From positions 31,807 through 95,806 of the forward strand of contig DUMU01000005.1 in NCBI GenBank assembly GCA_012839805.1: a stretch of 64,000 nucleotides of DNA. The letters run 5' to 3'. The notes beneath the pieces are model-generated. The model searched no databases. It saw only the letters and a list, made by a program, of their open reading frames with translations, and had not been told where the DNA came from. Numbering within the stretch: position 1 is the stretch's first letter; each line of letters opens with the position of its first letter. This DNA is from Bacillota bacterium. GTDB taxonomy: Bacteria > Bacillota > Limnochordia > Limnochordales > DUMU01. The position numbers were made by a program, and so were the translations under genes. Positions 9,107 through 18,565 of the stretch are shown piece after piece.

Positions 9107-10975
9107 TTGAGCCGCGGCATCATCCTCGAGGAGGTCGAGTTTGCTTATGCGTCCGGCCCGGCGATCCCGCCGGGGGGCGAGGACGAGGGGCGGATGGCCG
9201 TACGGGGGATCAGCGGCGAGATTCCGCCCGGGCAGTTCCTCGTCCTGATCGGGCCGAACGGCTCGGGGAAGTCCACGCTGGCACGGTTGCTCAACGGTTT
9301 GCTCACACCCACGCGCGGTTCGGTCCGCGTGGATGGGCTCGATACCCGCGATCCCCGCGACCTGCGGGAGATAAGGCGCCGGGTAGGTATGGTCTTCCAG
9401 AATCCGGACAACCAGCTGGTAGCATCCACCGTCGAGGAGGACGTGGCCTTTGGCCCCGAGAACCTGGGTATTCCCCAGCCGGAACTGGGCCGGCGAGTCC
9501 GATCTGCCCTGGCCAGGGTAGGCATGGCGGGTTACGAAAAGGCGCAGACTCATACCCTCTCAGGCGGGCAGAAGCAGCGGGTGGCCATAGCGGGCGTGCT
9601 GGCCATGGAGCCGGAAGTCCTGGTACTGGACGAGCCGACCTCCCTCCTTGATCCGGTGGGACGCCACGAAATCGTGAATACGGTGACGGAACTCCACCGG
9701 TCCCTCGGCATCACGGTGATCTGGATCACGCACTCGATGGAGGAAGCCTGCCGGGCCGAACGGGTCTGGCTTCTGGGTGGGGGCAGGCTTTGGGCCGACG
9801 GGCCGCCGGCAGAGGTTCTCTCCCGCACCGACTTGCTGGAGCGCTGGGGACTCCGGTCCCCGGCCGCGGTGGCGGTGACCCGGGGATTGCGGGCCGCGGG
9901 GGTAAGTCTTCCCACCGGCATTATCACCGGCGACGAACTGGTCGCTGAACTTGCTGCCCGGTTCCCGGCCGGCCTAGCCATCAGGGCCGGTGAGGGGACG
10001 GCCGGCGCACCTTGCGAATCGGGGGTGGCGACAGGTAGGGTGGCAGCGGGAGAAGGCAAAGCCGGGGGGAGCGGTCCCATCATCCGGGCCGAGCATCTGG
10101 GCCACGTCTATGCCGAACCCGGCGGGCGACGGGTGGTGGCTCTGGAAGATGTAAGCTTCACTGTTCAACCGGGTGAACGTATTGCAGTAGTAGGTGCCAC
10201 CGGATCCGGGAAGTCCACCCTGGTTCAGCATTTGAACGGGTTGCTTTTTCCCACCAGTGGCGGCCTGGTAGTCTTCGATTACGCCTTTGGTGAGCTGGCG
10301 AAAGGTGTTCGCCGGCCTCCCAAGGATCAGGGGCTGCGCAAGCTCCGGGGAAGGGTAGGGCTGGTTTTCCAGTTTCCCGAGGATCAGTTGTTCGCGGAGA
10401 CGGTGGCCGAGGATGTGGCCTTTGGTCCCCGCAACCTGGGTCTCGACGAGGATGAGGTAGCCCGCCGGGTCAGGCAAGCGCTGGCGCAGGTGGGGATGGA
10501 GGCAGAGCTGATTGCCGGCCGTTCGCCGCTCTCTTTGAGCGGGGGAGAACGGCGGCGGGTGGCGCTCGCCGGGGTGCTGGCCATGGAACCGGAGGTGTTG
10601 GTCCTCGACGAGCCGACGGTGGGCCTCGACCCCCAAGGACGGGAGGCGCTCATCGGGTTGCTGGACAACCTGGCCTCGGACGGCCGGCACACCCTGGTGG
10701 CGGTCACCCACGACATGGATCTGGTAGCCCGGCTGACCTCTAGGGTTTTGGTCCTATCGGCCGGACGGCTCGTCTTTGACGGTACGCCCCGTGCGCTTTT
10801 CGCCACCGTGGATCAGGAAAAGATGAGCGAATGGGGACTGGTTCCGCCGGAGCCGGTGGCTTTGATGGCGGAATTGCGAAGGCGGGGCTTTCCCGTGCGT
10901 AGCGACTGCCTTACCGTTGCCGAGGCCACCGCCGAGATCGTGCGGGCCCTGGAGGCGGGCCGTGAGCTCGTCTAA
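9107..10975 (+). CDS. ecfA: Fused tandem ECF-transporter ATPase (EcfA1-EcfA2 in one 622-aa polypeptide)
   Basis: Two complete ABC ATPase modules: Walker A GPNGSGKST and GATGSGKST, signatures LSGGQKQR and LSGGERRR. They are joined by a Gly/Ala-rich linker. Position between rplQ and ecfT. Confidence 0.88.
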   Translation: MSRGIILEEVEFAYASGPAIPPGGEDEGRMAVRGISGEIPPGQFLVLIGPNGSGKSTLARLLNGLLTPTRGSVRVDGLDTRDPRDLREIRRRVGMVFQNPDNQLVASTVEEDVAFGPENLGIPQPELGRRVRSALARVGMAGYEKAQTHTLSGGQKQRVAIAGVLAMEPEVLVLDEPTSLLDPVGRHEIVNTVTELHRSLGITVIWITHSMEEACRAERVWLLGGGRLWADGPPAEVLSRTDLLERWGLRSPAAVAVTRGLRAAGVSLPTGIITGDELVAELAARFPAGLAIRAGEGTAGAPCESGVATGRVAAGEGKAGGSGPIIRAEHLGHVYAEPGGRRVVALEDVSFTVQPGERIAVVGATGSGKSTLVQHLNGLLFPTSGGLVVFDYAFGELAKGVRRPPKDQGLRKLRGRVGLVFQFPEDQLFAETVAEDVAFGPRNLGLDEDEVARRVRQALAQVGMEAELIAGRSPLSLSGGERRRVALAGVLAMEPEVLVLDEPTVGLDPQGREALIGLLDNLASDGRHTLVAVTHDMDLVARLTSRVLVLSAGRLVFDGTPRALFATVDQEKMSEWGLVPPEPVALMAELRRRGFPVRSDCLTVAEATAEIVRALEAGRELV

Positions 10976-10996
10976 TTCAGGGGGGAGAAGCGAGAG

Positions 10997-11794
10997 GTGG
11001 CATACTACGGTCCCCTCGCCGTCGGCCAGTATCTGCCCGGCGAGTCCTTCCTGCATCGACTCGATCCCAGGACCAAGATCCTGTGGACCTTGCTCTGGAT
11101 GGGCGCGCTTTTTGCCGTCGACCGTGCCGCAGGGTATGGGCTCTTCTTGCTTTTCCTGCTGATAGCACTCGTCTTGGGGCGAATCCCGCTGGATGCACTT
11201 GGGCGGGGCATTCGCCCGCTACTTTACCTGATTCTCTTCACCGTGCTTTTCAACCTGTTTGCCACTCCCGGCGAGCCCTTGCTCCGCCTCGGTCCCCTTG
11301 CACTGACCCGGGCGGGTCTGGTGGCGGCCGGCCTGGTCAGTGCCCGACTCCTTCTTCTGATTGCGGGGGCGAGTGTTCTGACCCTGACCACTGCTCCTCT
11401 GGCTCTAGCCGACGGGATCGAGTCACTCTTGCGGCCGTGGTCCCGGCTGGGGTTGCCGGCGCACGAACTCGCGATGATGATGAGTATCGCCCTGCGCTTC
11501 ATCCCTACCCTGCTCGAGGAGACCGAGCGGATAATGAAGGCTCAAAAGGCGCGCGGGGTGGACTTTGAAAGCGGAAACCTGCTGCAGCGGGCCCGGAGTC
11601 TAGTTCCCATTCTGGTGCCCCTTTTCGTTAGCGCCTTCCGGAGGGCGGACGAGCTGGCCATCGCCATGGAGGCGAGAGGGTACGAGGGGGGCAAGGGGCG
11701 TACCCACCTGCGGGAGCTTAGTTTCGGGCGGGCGGACCTCCTCTGGGTGGTGGTGAGCCTGGTCTGGCTGGTGGGGACGGCGATCTGGCAGTGA
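10997..11794 (+). CDS. ecfT: ECF transporter transmembrane component EcfT
   Basis: Polytopic membrane protein with a CbiQ-like pattern (RLDPRTKIL...ARG..). Follows ecfA. Confidence 0.88.
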   Translation: MAYYGPLAVGQYLPGESFLHRLDPRTKILWTLLWMGALFAVDRAAGYGLFLLFLLIALVLGRIPLDALGRGIRPLLYLILFTVLFNLFATPGEPLLRLGPLALTRAGLVAAGLVSARLLLLIAGASVLTLTTAPLALADGIESLLRPWSRLGLPAHELAMMMSIALRFIPTLLEETERIMKAQKARGVDFESGNLLQRARSLVPILVPLFVSAFRRADELAIAMEARGYEGGKGRTHLRELSFGRADLLWVVVSLVWLVGTAIWQ

Positions 11795-12738
11795 ACGGCC
11801 GGCGAGGAAGCAAAGGCCCGGGGTCGACGGTAAAGAACGTGGTCATCGTTCTCGAGTACGACGGTTCGGCCTTCCACGGCTTCCAAGCCCAGCGACGGGG
11901 TGGGGAATTGCCGACCGTTCAGGAAACCGTGGAGGCGGCTATCGGCGAGCTTACCGGGGAAAAGGTGCGGGTGGTGGCCGCCGGCCGCACGGATGCGGGG
12001 GTCCATGCGGTCGGCCAGGTCATCCAGTTTGCGACCTGCTCGTCGATCCCCGTCGAGCGCTGGCCGGCCGCGCTCAATTCCCGCTTGCCCCCGGCGATCC
12101 GGGCCTGGCGGGCGCTCCAGGCCCCCGCTTCTTTCCATGTTCGTTATGACGCGGCCCGCAAGCTATACCGGTACCGGTTCTACTACTCCCCGATCGAGGC
12201 TGCCCTCAGCCGTCACTATGCGGTGGCGGTCTGGCCTCCGCTCGACACCGAACGGATGGCGCAGGCCGCCCTCCGTTTCGAAGGCGAGCACGACCTGCGG
12301 GCGTTCTGCGGCGCGGGGAGGAGACCCCGGAGCTGGCGACGTCGTATTTTCCGCTGCCGTCTCCTGCCCGACCCGCCCCTCGCGGCTCATACCGGCGACT
12401 TCTTTGGCGACCGGACGGACCTGGTGGTGCTGGGGGCAACGGGCAGGGAGGACACCTGGTCCGGGCCGGGTTGGTCATTTTGGGTCGAGGCCGAAGGGTT
12501 TCTGTATCATCAGGTGCGCACCATGGTGGGTACCCTATGGGAGATCGGCCGGGGGGAACGTTCTCCGGTCTCGCTGGATCACCTGTTGACCGGGGTTCCA
12601 CGAGCGGAAGCAGGGCCGACCGCGCCGGCCCGCGGGCTTTATCTCATGGCGGTTGCTTACCCGCGAGAGGCGTTGTGGCCGCAGCCTGGAGTGAGCTCGG
12701 GGCCGCCGAATTCACACCTCGAAACGGTTGACAGGTAG
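11791..12738 (+). CDS. truA: tRNA pseudouridine(38-40) synthase TruA
   Basis: VLEYDGSAFHGFQAQ and AGRTDAGVHA catalytic Asp motif. The GTGA overlaps the ecfT stop. An alternative GTG start lies at 11839. Confidence 0.9.
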   Translation: MNGRRGSKGPGSTVKNVVIVLEYDGSAFHGFQAQRRGGELPTVQETVEAAIGELTGEKVRVVAAGRTDAGVHAVGQVIQFATCSSIPVERWPAALNSRLPPAIRAWRALQAPASFHVRYDAARKLYRYRFYYSPIEAALSRHYAVAVWPPLDTERMAQAALRFEGEHDLRAFCGAGRRPRSWRRRIFRCRLLPDPPLAAHTGDFFGDRTDLVVLGATGREDTWSGPGWSFWVEAEGFLYHQVRTMVGTLWEIGRGERSPVSLDHLLTGVPRAEAGPTAPARGLYLMAVAYPREALWPQPGVSSGPPNSHLETVDR

Positions 12739-12789
12739 ATATGGATACCGTAGACTGGTTGGGTGTGTGAACACAAGGGGGACGCGCGC

Positions 12790-13221
12790 GTGCAAAAGAC
12801 GTATCAGGCCAAACCGGGTTCGGTGGAGCGAAAGTGGTACGTGGTGGACGCGAGTGGACAGGTGCTCGGACGGCTGGCCACCCGGATTGCTACCGTGCTG
12901 CGGGGAAAGCATAAGGCGGTCTACACCCCTTACACCGATACCGGTGATTTCGTCATCGTGGTCAACGCGAGCAAAGTGCGTTTGACCGGGAAGAAACTCG
13001 ACCAGAAAGTGTATTACCGGCATACGGGATACCCGGGAGGCATCAAGAGCGAGACGGCCCGCAGTCTCCTTAGCCGTCATCCCGACCGGGTCATCCGCCT
13101 CGCAGTCAAGCGGATGCTACCCAACACTACCCTGGGACGGGCCCAACTGCGCAAGCTGAAGATCTATCCGGGTCCGGATCATCCGCACGCGGCTCAGAAG
13201 CCGGAAGTATTGCCGGGTTGA
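12790..13221 (+). CDS. rplM: 50S ribosomal protein L13
   Basis: The GTG at 12790 after ACAAGGGGGA gives [21 protein letters not shown], typical of L13. Confidence 0.93.
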   Translation: MQKTYQAKPGSVERKWYVVDASGQVLGRLATRIATVLRGKHKAVYTPYTDTGDFVIVVNASKVRLTGKKLDQKVYYRHTGYPGGIKSETARSLLSRHPDRVIRLAVKRMLPNTTLGRAQLRKLKIYPGPDHPHAAQKPEVLPG

Positions 13222-13257
13222 GCCGGGTAGCCACGCGACGGGGGGAAGGAAAACCGA

Positions 13258-13650
13258 ATGGCACAAACGATGACGATGGCAACAGGACGCAGAAAGACGG
13301 CGGTGGCGCGGGTGCGTATCGTTCCCGGGAGTGGAAGGATCACCGTCAACGGCAAGGACGCCAAGGAGTACTTCGGCCAGGACTTGCTGGTACAGGCCAT
13401 CCAGGACGTGCTCCGGGTGGCTCAGAGCGAGGGACGGTGGGATGTGATCGCCAAGGTTGAGGGCGGGGGAACGGTAGCGCAGGCGTACGCCGTCCGGCAC
13501 GGGCTGGCGCGGGCCATTCAAAGCGAAGTACCCGAACTCCGGACTCCGCTCAAGAAAGCGGGCTTCCTCACCAGGGACCCGCGCATGAAGGAGCGGCGCA
13601 AGTACGGTTTGAAGAAAGCCCGCAAGGCGCCACAGTACTCGAAGCGGTAG
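13258..13650 (+). CDS. rpsI: 30S ribosomal protein S9
   Basis: GRRKTAVARV...GGG..GQA and the C-terminal KKARKAPQYSKR are typical of S9. Confidence 0.95.
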   Translation: MAQTMTMATGRRKTAVARVRIVPGSGRITVNGKDAKEYFGQDLLVQAIQDVLRVAQSEGRWDVIAKVEGGGTVAQAYAVRHGLARAIQSEVPELRTPLKKAGFLTRDPRMKERRKYGLKKARKAPQYSKR

Positions 13651-13745
13651 AAAAACACGCTACCTCTGGCAACTCACCATGAGGGAAGCCGGGCTTTCCG
13701 CTGTTACCTGCGGGTCACCGGCGATGAGCACAAATGGCAAAGCTT

Positions 13746-13778
13746 GGCCGCCTGGACCAGGGTCCGGGCGGCCTTTTT
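13746..13778 (+). terminator. Rho-independent terminator after rpsI
   Basis: GGCCGCCTGGACC..GGTCCGGGCGGCC inverted repeat (one T.G wobble) followed by TTTTT at 13774-13778. Confidence 0.75.
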
Positions 13779-13809
13779 CGTCAGAGCGGTCCGCGGGAGG
13801 TGACGGTGC

Positions 13810-14313
13810 CTAAAACTTCTTGAACCGGGAAGCGGGTGCTCCGCAGATCGGGCACTTGTCCGGCAGGTTCCCGATTACGGTATACCCGCATACCGGGCAG
13901 ACGTAGATCGGTTCAGATGACGCATCCTGCCCTTGATCGACCTGTTGCTTGGCTTCGCTATAAAAGCGAGCATGCATCTTTTCGGCTTCTAACGCATAAT
14001 GGATAGAACGTTGGGCAGTCGTCTCGTTTTGAAGTCTGGCTACTTCGTAGTAGGCAGGGTACATCTCGTTCACCTCGAAGTTTTCTCCATCGATGGCAGC
14101 CTGTAGATTGGCCGAGGTGTCTTTAAGTAAACCCAGCGCTTTGAAGTGGTTGGTGGCATGCACTTCTTCGGCATATGCAATGGCTCGGAAGAGTCTTGCT
14201 ACGTTCGGCTTACCTTGCTTTTCCGCTTCATCGGCGAAAATGTAGTACCGCATGTGAGCCTGGCTTTCGCCGGCGAAAGCATTGATGAGGTTGGCTTCGG
14301 TCATCTTGCGCAT
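13810..14313 (-). CDS. rbr: Rubrerythrin (ferritin-like diiron domain plus C-terminal rubredoxin-like CxxC..CxxC)
   Basis: NAFAGESQAHMRYY..., EEVHATNH and EAEKMHARFY diiron motifs. C-terminal CPVCGYTV...CPICGA. Internal ATG at 14313 preceded by GAAAGGGGAAAAGG. The track's N-terminal extension is rejected. Confidence 0.88.
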   Translation of the reverse strand: MRKMTEANLINAFAGESQAHMRYYIFADEAEKQGKPNVARLFRAIAYAEEVHATNHFKALGLLKDTSANLQAAIDGENFEVNEMYPAYYEVARLQNETTAQRSIHYALEAEKMHARFYSEAKQQVDQGQDASSEPIYVCPVCGYTVIGNLPDKCPICGAPASRFKKF

Positions 14314-14472
14314 GGTGCCTTTTCCCCTTTCTTTCTTGCTGGCTAGTGTCCCCTTCTCTTCCCGATGCCAGGGCGGTTTTCCTGCTACGGTCTTTTGTAT
14401 AGTGTCTTTTCTACCGGCCATGGTGGCAGAGGCGGGAGGCGAAACGGGGGCGCCGATGGGAAGGAAGCGGGG

Positions 14473-16641
14473 TCAAGGTGGGGGCGGCACGGGTAGCGCA
14501 AGATCGGGGGGATCGGGGAGGGCAGGGAATTCAGGGTCCGGGAGGGATTCGTCGTAGCCCGGTGGTGGAAGCATGGGTGGCACGTCTGGCGACGGCAGGG
14601 GCAGCGATGCTGGCGGCAAGACCGGCGCGGGCGGCGTTGATGGTGTCGGCCGGGAGGGCGAAGCCGAGGCACCGGGGGCGTGCTGGGGGCCCAGGAGCGG
14701 TCCCGGATGCAACGGGCAGATGGCCGCGGGCACTTCGGTTTCCCGGAAGGCATCCCATTCTACCTGGCTGGAGGGGCAGTTGACGGTGGCGATGCCCCCG
14801 GTGATCCAGTCGATAGGGACGCCGGTCACGATTCCGGACGGAGCAGGGAAACGACTGGCGAGCGGCGCGGGCATCTTTCGAGCGGCGATGACGCGCCGGA
14901 TGAAATCGCCCCAAACGGGAGCCGCGAGCAAGCCCCCGGTTTCACCGAGGGAAGAGTTGTCGTCGTTACCAATATACACCACGGCAGTTAGATCGGGCGT
15001 GAAGCCCCCGAACCAGGCGTTGGTGCGATAGTCGGAGGTGCCGGTCTTGCCGGCGGCGGGATAACCGGGATCAGGCCGGGCGGCTTGCCCGGTTCCGGTG
15101 AGAATCACGTCCTCCATGATGTTGGTCATGAGATAAGCGGTTTCCCGGGAGAGGAGACGCTCGGGAGCCGGGGGCGAGTACTTCTCCAGTACCCTTCCGT
15201 CGCTATCCACCACCCGGGCAATGGCGTAGACCGGCCGATGAATACCTCCGGCGGGGAAGATGCTGTACCCCTCGGCCAGCTGGAGCGGGGTTACACCGCT
15301 GATACCGCCTAAAGCGAGCGCCAGGTGCCGGTCTTCGGGACGCAAGGGGAGTCCTGCTTGCCTGGCAAGGGAGAATACGGGATCGATTCCGATCCGGTTC
15401 AACAGCTGAACGGCGATGCTGTTGAGCGACTCCACCAGGGCATGCTTCAGGGTGACGGTCGTCCACAGATACTCATCACGAAAGTTGGCGGGGGCGTAGC
15501 CGGCAATATTGATAGGCCGGTCGACGAAGATCGCGTCGGCCATGGTATATCCGCGTTCCAGGGCGGTGGCATAGACGAAGGGCTTCATGGCCGATCCCGG
15601 CTGCCGGAAGGCCTTGACCGCCCGGTTGAACTGGCTTTCCAGGTAATCCCGACCGCCGACCAGCGCCAGGATTCCCCCAGTCTTGTGGTCGAGGGCCACG
15701 ATGGCCCCCTGGTGGGGCTGCGCGGCCAGGGCGGCCTCCGCGGCCCGCTGAATGGTGAGGTCGAGTGTAGTGTAGACGCGCAGGCCGCCCCGGAAGACCA
15801 GATCCGGCGTGTAACGATCCAGCAGCTGGTCTCTTATCCAGTCGACAAAGTAAGGAGCCTGGGCGGGACTTTGCCGCTTGATCACCAAAGGCGTCCCGGC
15901 GGCTGCCGCGGCCTCTTCTGGGGTCAGGTAGCCCTCGGCCACCATGCGATCGAGGACTACTTGCCTGCGGCCCAGCGCCGCCTCCGGGTTCCTGTAAGGG
16001 TCATAGAAGGCGGGAGCCCGGGGAATCCCGGCCAAGAGCGCGCTCTCCGCCAGGTCCAGCCGGGAGACGGGTTTGCCGAAATAGGTGAGGGCGGCTGCTT
16101 GTACGCCCGTCGCCCCCTCGCCGAAATAGATGGAATTCAGATAAAGCTCGAGGATATCGTCCTTCGAGTAGCGAGCCTCCAGCACCAGGGCGAGGACGAG
16201 TTCCTGGAGTTTGCGGCCCAGGGTGCGGCTGGGGGTGAGGAAGACGTTTTTGGCCAGCTGCTGGGTGATGGTACTTGCTCCCTGCACCGTCCGGCCCGCC
16301 CGGAGGTTGGCGACAATGGCCCGGGCGATGGCGACGGGGTCGATGCCGAAGTGGTGGTAGAAGCGAGCATCTTCGGTGGCCACTATCGCTTCTCGCAGTT
16401 CAACGGGGATCTGCGGGAGGGGTACGTAGGTGCGGTGGCGGCTGCCGAGTACGGCTACCACCTCCCCGTTCCGGTCCAATATCGTTGCTCCGGTCAAGGG
16501 CTGGCGGAGTTCGTATGCCCGCACCAGTTGGACCCCGCGTACGAAAAGCACGAAAAAGGGGACCAGGGTGGACGAGGCGAGGAGCAAGAGCCCCACCTGG
16601 TAGGGACGGAGGCGGAGGCGAAGAGGACGACGTTGGGCCAA
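14473..16641 (-). CDS. Class A penicillin-binding protein (PBP1A-type transglycosylase/transpeptidase) with a proline-rich C-terminal tail
   Basis: GT51 motifs (EDARFYHHFGIDP, RKLQE) and TP motifs (SAMKP, KTGTS). I prefer the TTG at 16641 after GGAGGAAGAAGGTG, because the track start at 16875 overlaps divergent trxA. Confidence 0.85.
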   Translation of the reverse strand: MAQRRPLRLRLRPYQVGLLLLASSTLVPFFVLFVRGVQLVRAYELRQPLTGATILDRNGEVVAVLGSRHRTYVPLPQIPVELREAIVATEDARFYHHFGIDPVAIARAIVANLRAGRTVQGASTITQQLAKNVFLTPSRTLGRKLQELVLALVLEARYSKDDILELYLNSIYFGEGATGVQAAALTYFGKPVSRLDLAESALLAGIPRAPAFYDPYRNPEAALGRRQVVLDRMVAEGYLTPEEAAAAAGTPLVIKRQSPAQAPYFVDWIRDQLLDRYTPDLVFRGGLRVYTTLDLTIQRAAEAALAAQPHQGAIVALDHKTGGILALVGGRDYLESQFNRAVKAFRQPGSAMKPFVYATALERGYTMADAIFVDRPINIAGYAPANFRDEYLWTTVTLKHALVESLNSIAVQLLNRIGIDPVFSLARQAGLPLRPEDRHLALALGGISGVTPLQLAEGYSIFPAGGIHRPVYAIARVVDSDGRVLEKYSPPAPERLLSRETAYLMTNIMEDVILTGTGQAARPDPGYPAAGKTGTSDYRTNAWFGGFTPDLTAVVYIGNDDNSSLGETGGLLAAPVWGDFIRRVIAARKMPAPLASRFPAPSGIVTGVPIDWITGGIATVNCPSSQVEWDAFRETEVPAAICPLHPGPLLGPQHAPGASASPSRPTPSTPPAPVLPPASLPLPSPDVPPMLPPPGYDESLPDPEFPALPDPPDLALPVPPPP

Positions 16642-16793
16642 CGGTTCACCTTCTTCCTCCGTATTGTGCAGGGGAGATGCGCCCGGTATGCCGGGCGGCG
16701 TTCCGAGAGTCGCCCGGGGCGGGTATCGTTTGGAATGAACGAAGCATCCTCCATTCGGATGGCTGAGGTTCCTTCCCGGAGTCTCATTGCCGT

Positions 16794-16823
16794 TTGACAC
16801 CGGGCAAGGGCCGTCCCTAAAAT
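16794..16823 (+). promoter_or_regulatory. Putative sigma-A promoter for trxA (TTGACA-N18-TAAAAT)
   Basis: TTGACA at 16794-16799 and TAAAAT at 16818-16823, about 45 nt upstream of the trxA ATG. Confidence 0.55.
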
Positions 16824-16868
16824 GGGAGCGTCCGGCATCGCCGGAACGGAATGACGGGAGGATGACCA

Positions 16869-17213
16869 ATGTCAACGGATCGGACGGGGGAAGTCGTAAC
16901 GGAGGTGACCGAGTCCAACTTCCGGGAGAGCGTGCTCGAAAGTGACCTCCCGGTGGTGGTGGATTTCTGGGCTGCCTGGTGTGGGCCGTGCCTGCGGATG
17001 AGTCCGGTGGTGGAGGAGGTGGCCCGAAAGAAGGCGGGCCAGGTAAAGGTGGCCAAGCTCAACGTGGACGAGAACCCGGACCTTGCGGGTCAATACGGCG
17101 TGATGAGCATTCCTACCCTCATTCTCTTCAAAGGCGGCCAGCCCGTGGACCGGCTGGTAGGTTACCGCCCGGCCCGCGAGTTGGAAGCCTGGCTGGCGCA
17201 AGGGCTGGCGTGA
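16869..17213 (+). CDS. trxA: Thioredoxin
   Basis: WCGPC active site. 114 aa. GGGAGGA RBS. Confidence 0.93.
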   Translation: MSTDRTGEVVTEVTESNFRESVLESDLPVVVDFWAAWCGPCLRMSPVVEEVARKKAGQVKVAKLNVDENPDLAGQYGVMSIPTLILFKGGQPVDRLVGYRPARELEAWLAQGLA

Positions 17214-18406
17214 ACTCCCGGCTGGTCTTGCGCCCCCGGCGTGACCGGCGGCTCCTCGCCGGTCACCCGTGGGTATTCCGGGGCGACGTGGCGGGGGTGG
17301 AAGGGGAGCCGCAGCCGGGGGAGCTCGTGACGGTGGTGAACGCGCGCGGCCGCCGGGTCGGCCAGGGTTTTTTTAGCCCGAGCAGCCAGATCTGGGTGCG
17401 GCTCCTCACCTGGCGAGACGAAGAGGTTACTCCGGAACTCTGGCGGCAGCGCCTCGCGGCGGCAGTCGAGCGGCGCCGCCGGTTCTATCCCGAAGAGGAG
17501 GCAGTTCGCCTGGTCTTCAGCGAGGGGGACCTACTCCCGGGGCTGATCGTGGATCGTTACGGCGACTACCTGGTCTGCCAGTTCCTTACGCTGGGCGTCG
17601 ATCTTCGCCGGGAGATCTGGATCGACCTGCTCCAGGAGATGGTGTCGCCTCGCGGCATCCTGGGGAGAAATGATGTCTCCTCCCGGGAGCTCGAAGGGCT
17701 CCCGCGGCAGGTGGAGCTGTTGCAGGGGGAGGTCCCGAGGCGGATACGAATCCGGGAAAACGGGCTTCCCTGGTGGGTGGATCCGTGGGGAGGCCAGAAG
17801 ACGGGCTACTTTTTGGACCAGAAAGAAAACCGCCGCCTCCTGCGGTGGTTGATCACCCCGGGGGCCAGGGTTCTCGACGCGTTTTGCCACACCGGTACTT
17901 TCGCGTTGCACGCGCTGGCCGGCGGGGCGGGTGAGGTTCTGGGGGTCGACATCTCTCCGGAAGCTCTCGCCTTGGCCCGAGAGAACGAAGCGTCCTTACG
18001 GGAGGAGGGGCTCATTGCCCCGGCGGCGCGGGCGGAGTGGGTGACCGCAAATGCCTTTGATTTGCTCCGCGAGCTGGCGCAGGAAGGCGAGAAGTTCGAC
18101 GTGTGCATTCTGGATCCCCCGGCTTTCACCAAGGGGCGAGAGTCGATTCAGGGCGCGTGGCGCGGCTACAAGGAGATCAATTTACGGGCCATCAAACTGT
18201 GCCGGCCCGGGGGATTCCTGGTCACTTGTTCCTGCTCGTATCACATGGATTTTGCCATGTTTTGGCGGGTGGTAGCGGAGGCCGCCGCCGATGCCGGGCG
18301 GATCGTTCAGGTAGTCGAGTACCGGGGGCAGGCGAAAGACCATCCCTATCTTCTTTCCGTTCCCGAGACGGCCTACCTCAAATGTCTGGTGGCACGAGTG
18401 TGGTAA
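17210..18406 (+). CDS. Class I SAM-dependent rRNA methyltransferase, RlmI-like (PUA plus MTase)
   Basis: The GTG at 17210 overlaps the trxA stop (GTGA). RLLAGHPWVFRGDV N-terminus, GQKTGYFLDQ and ILDPPAF motifs. The track's N-terminal extension is rejected. Confidence 0.8.
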   Translation: MNSRLVLRPRRDRRLLAGHPWVFRGDVAGVEGEPQPGELVTVVNARGRRVGQGFFSPSSQIWVRLLTWRDEEVTPELWRQRLAAAVERRRRFYPEEEAVRLVFSEGDLLPGLIVDRYGDYLVCQFLTLGVDLRREIWIDLLQEMVSPRGILGRNDVSSRELEGLPRQVELLQGEVPRRIRIRENGLPWWVDPWGGQKTGYFLDQKENRRLLRWLITPGARVLDAFCHTGTFALHALAGGAGEVLGVDISPEALALARENEASLREEGLIAPAARAEWVTANAFDLLRELAQEGEKFDVCILDPPAFTKGRESIQGAWRGYKEINLRAIKLCRPGGFLVTCSCSYHMDFAMFWRVVAEAAADAGRIVQVVEYRGQAKDHPYLLSVPETAYLKCLVARVW

Positions 18407-18565
18407 ACGAGGACGGAGGCGTTGGCAGGCGCAGTGCGAACGGCCGGGGAGCAGATGATTCGGTAGGAGGTAAGTTCCCTTGGCTGGCGAATAGAAGAAG
18501 GCATGTGCCAGAACCGGCTTCGGATTCGACTCCAATAGCACCAGGTGTAGAGGGAAGGATCGAGA

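Noticed and set aside
15325-16797. 490-aa ORF on the plus strand, antisense to PBP1A
   Set aside because: It lies entirely within a well-supported minus-strand gene. Its translation is Gly/Arg/Pro/Glu-rich low-complexity sequence with no motifs. Long stop-free antisense frames are expected in DNA of about 67% GC.
18515-18543. tRNA/tmRNA-like 3' end (GGATTCGACTCC...GCACCA) in the rlmI-nanE spacer
   Set aside because: No complementary acceptor 5' strand lies about 70 nt upstream. The putative T-stem pairs only 3 bp. No D or anticodon arms could be drawn.
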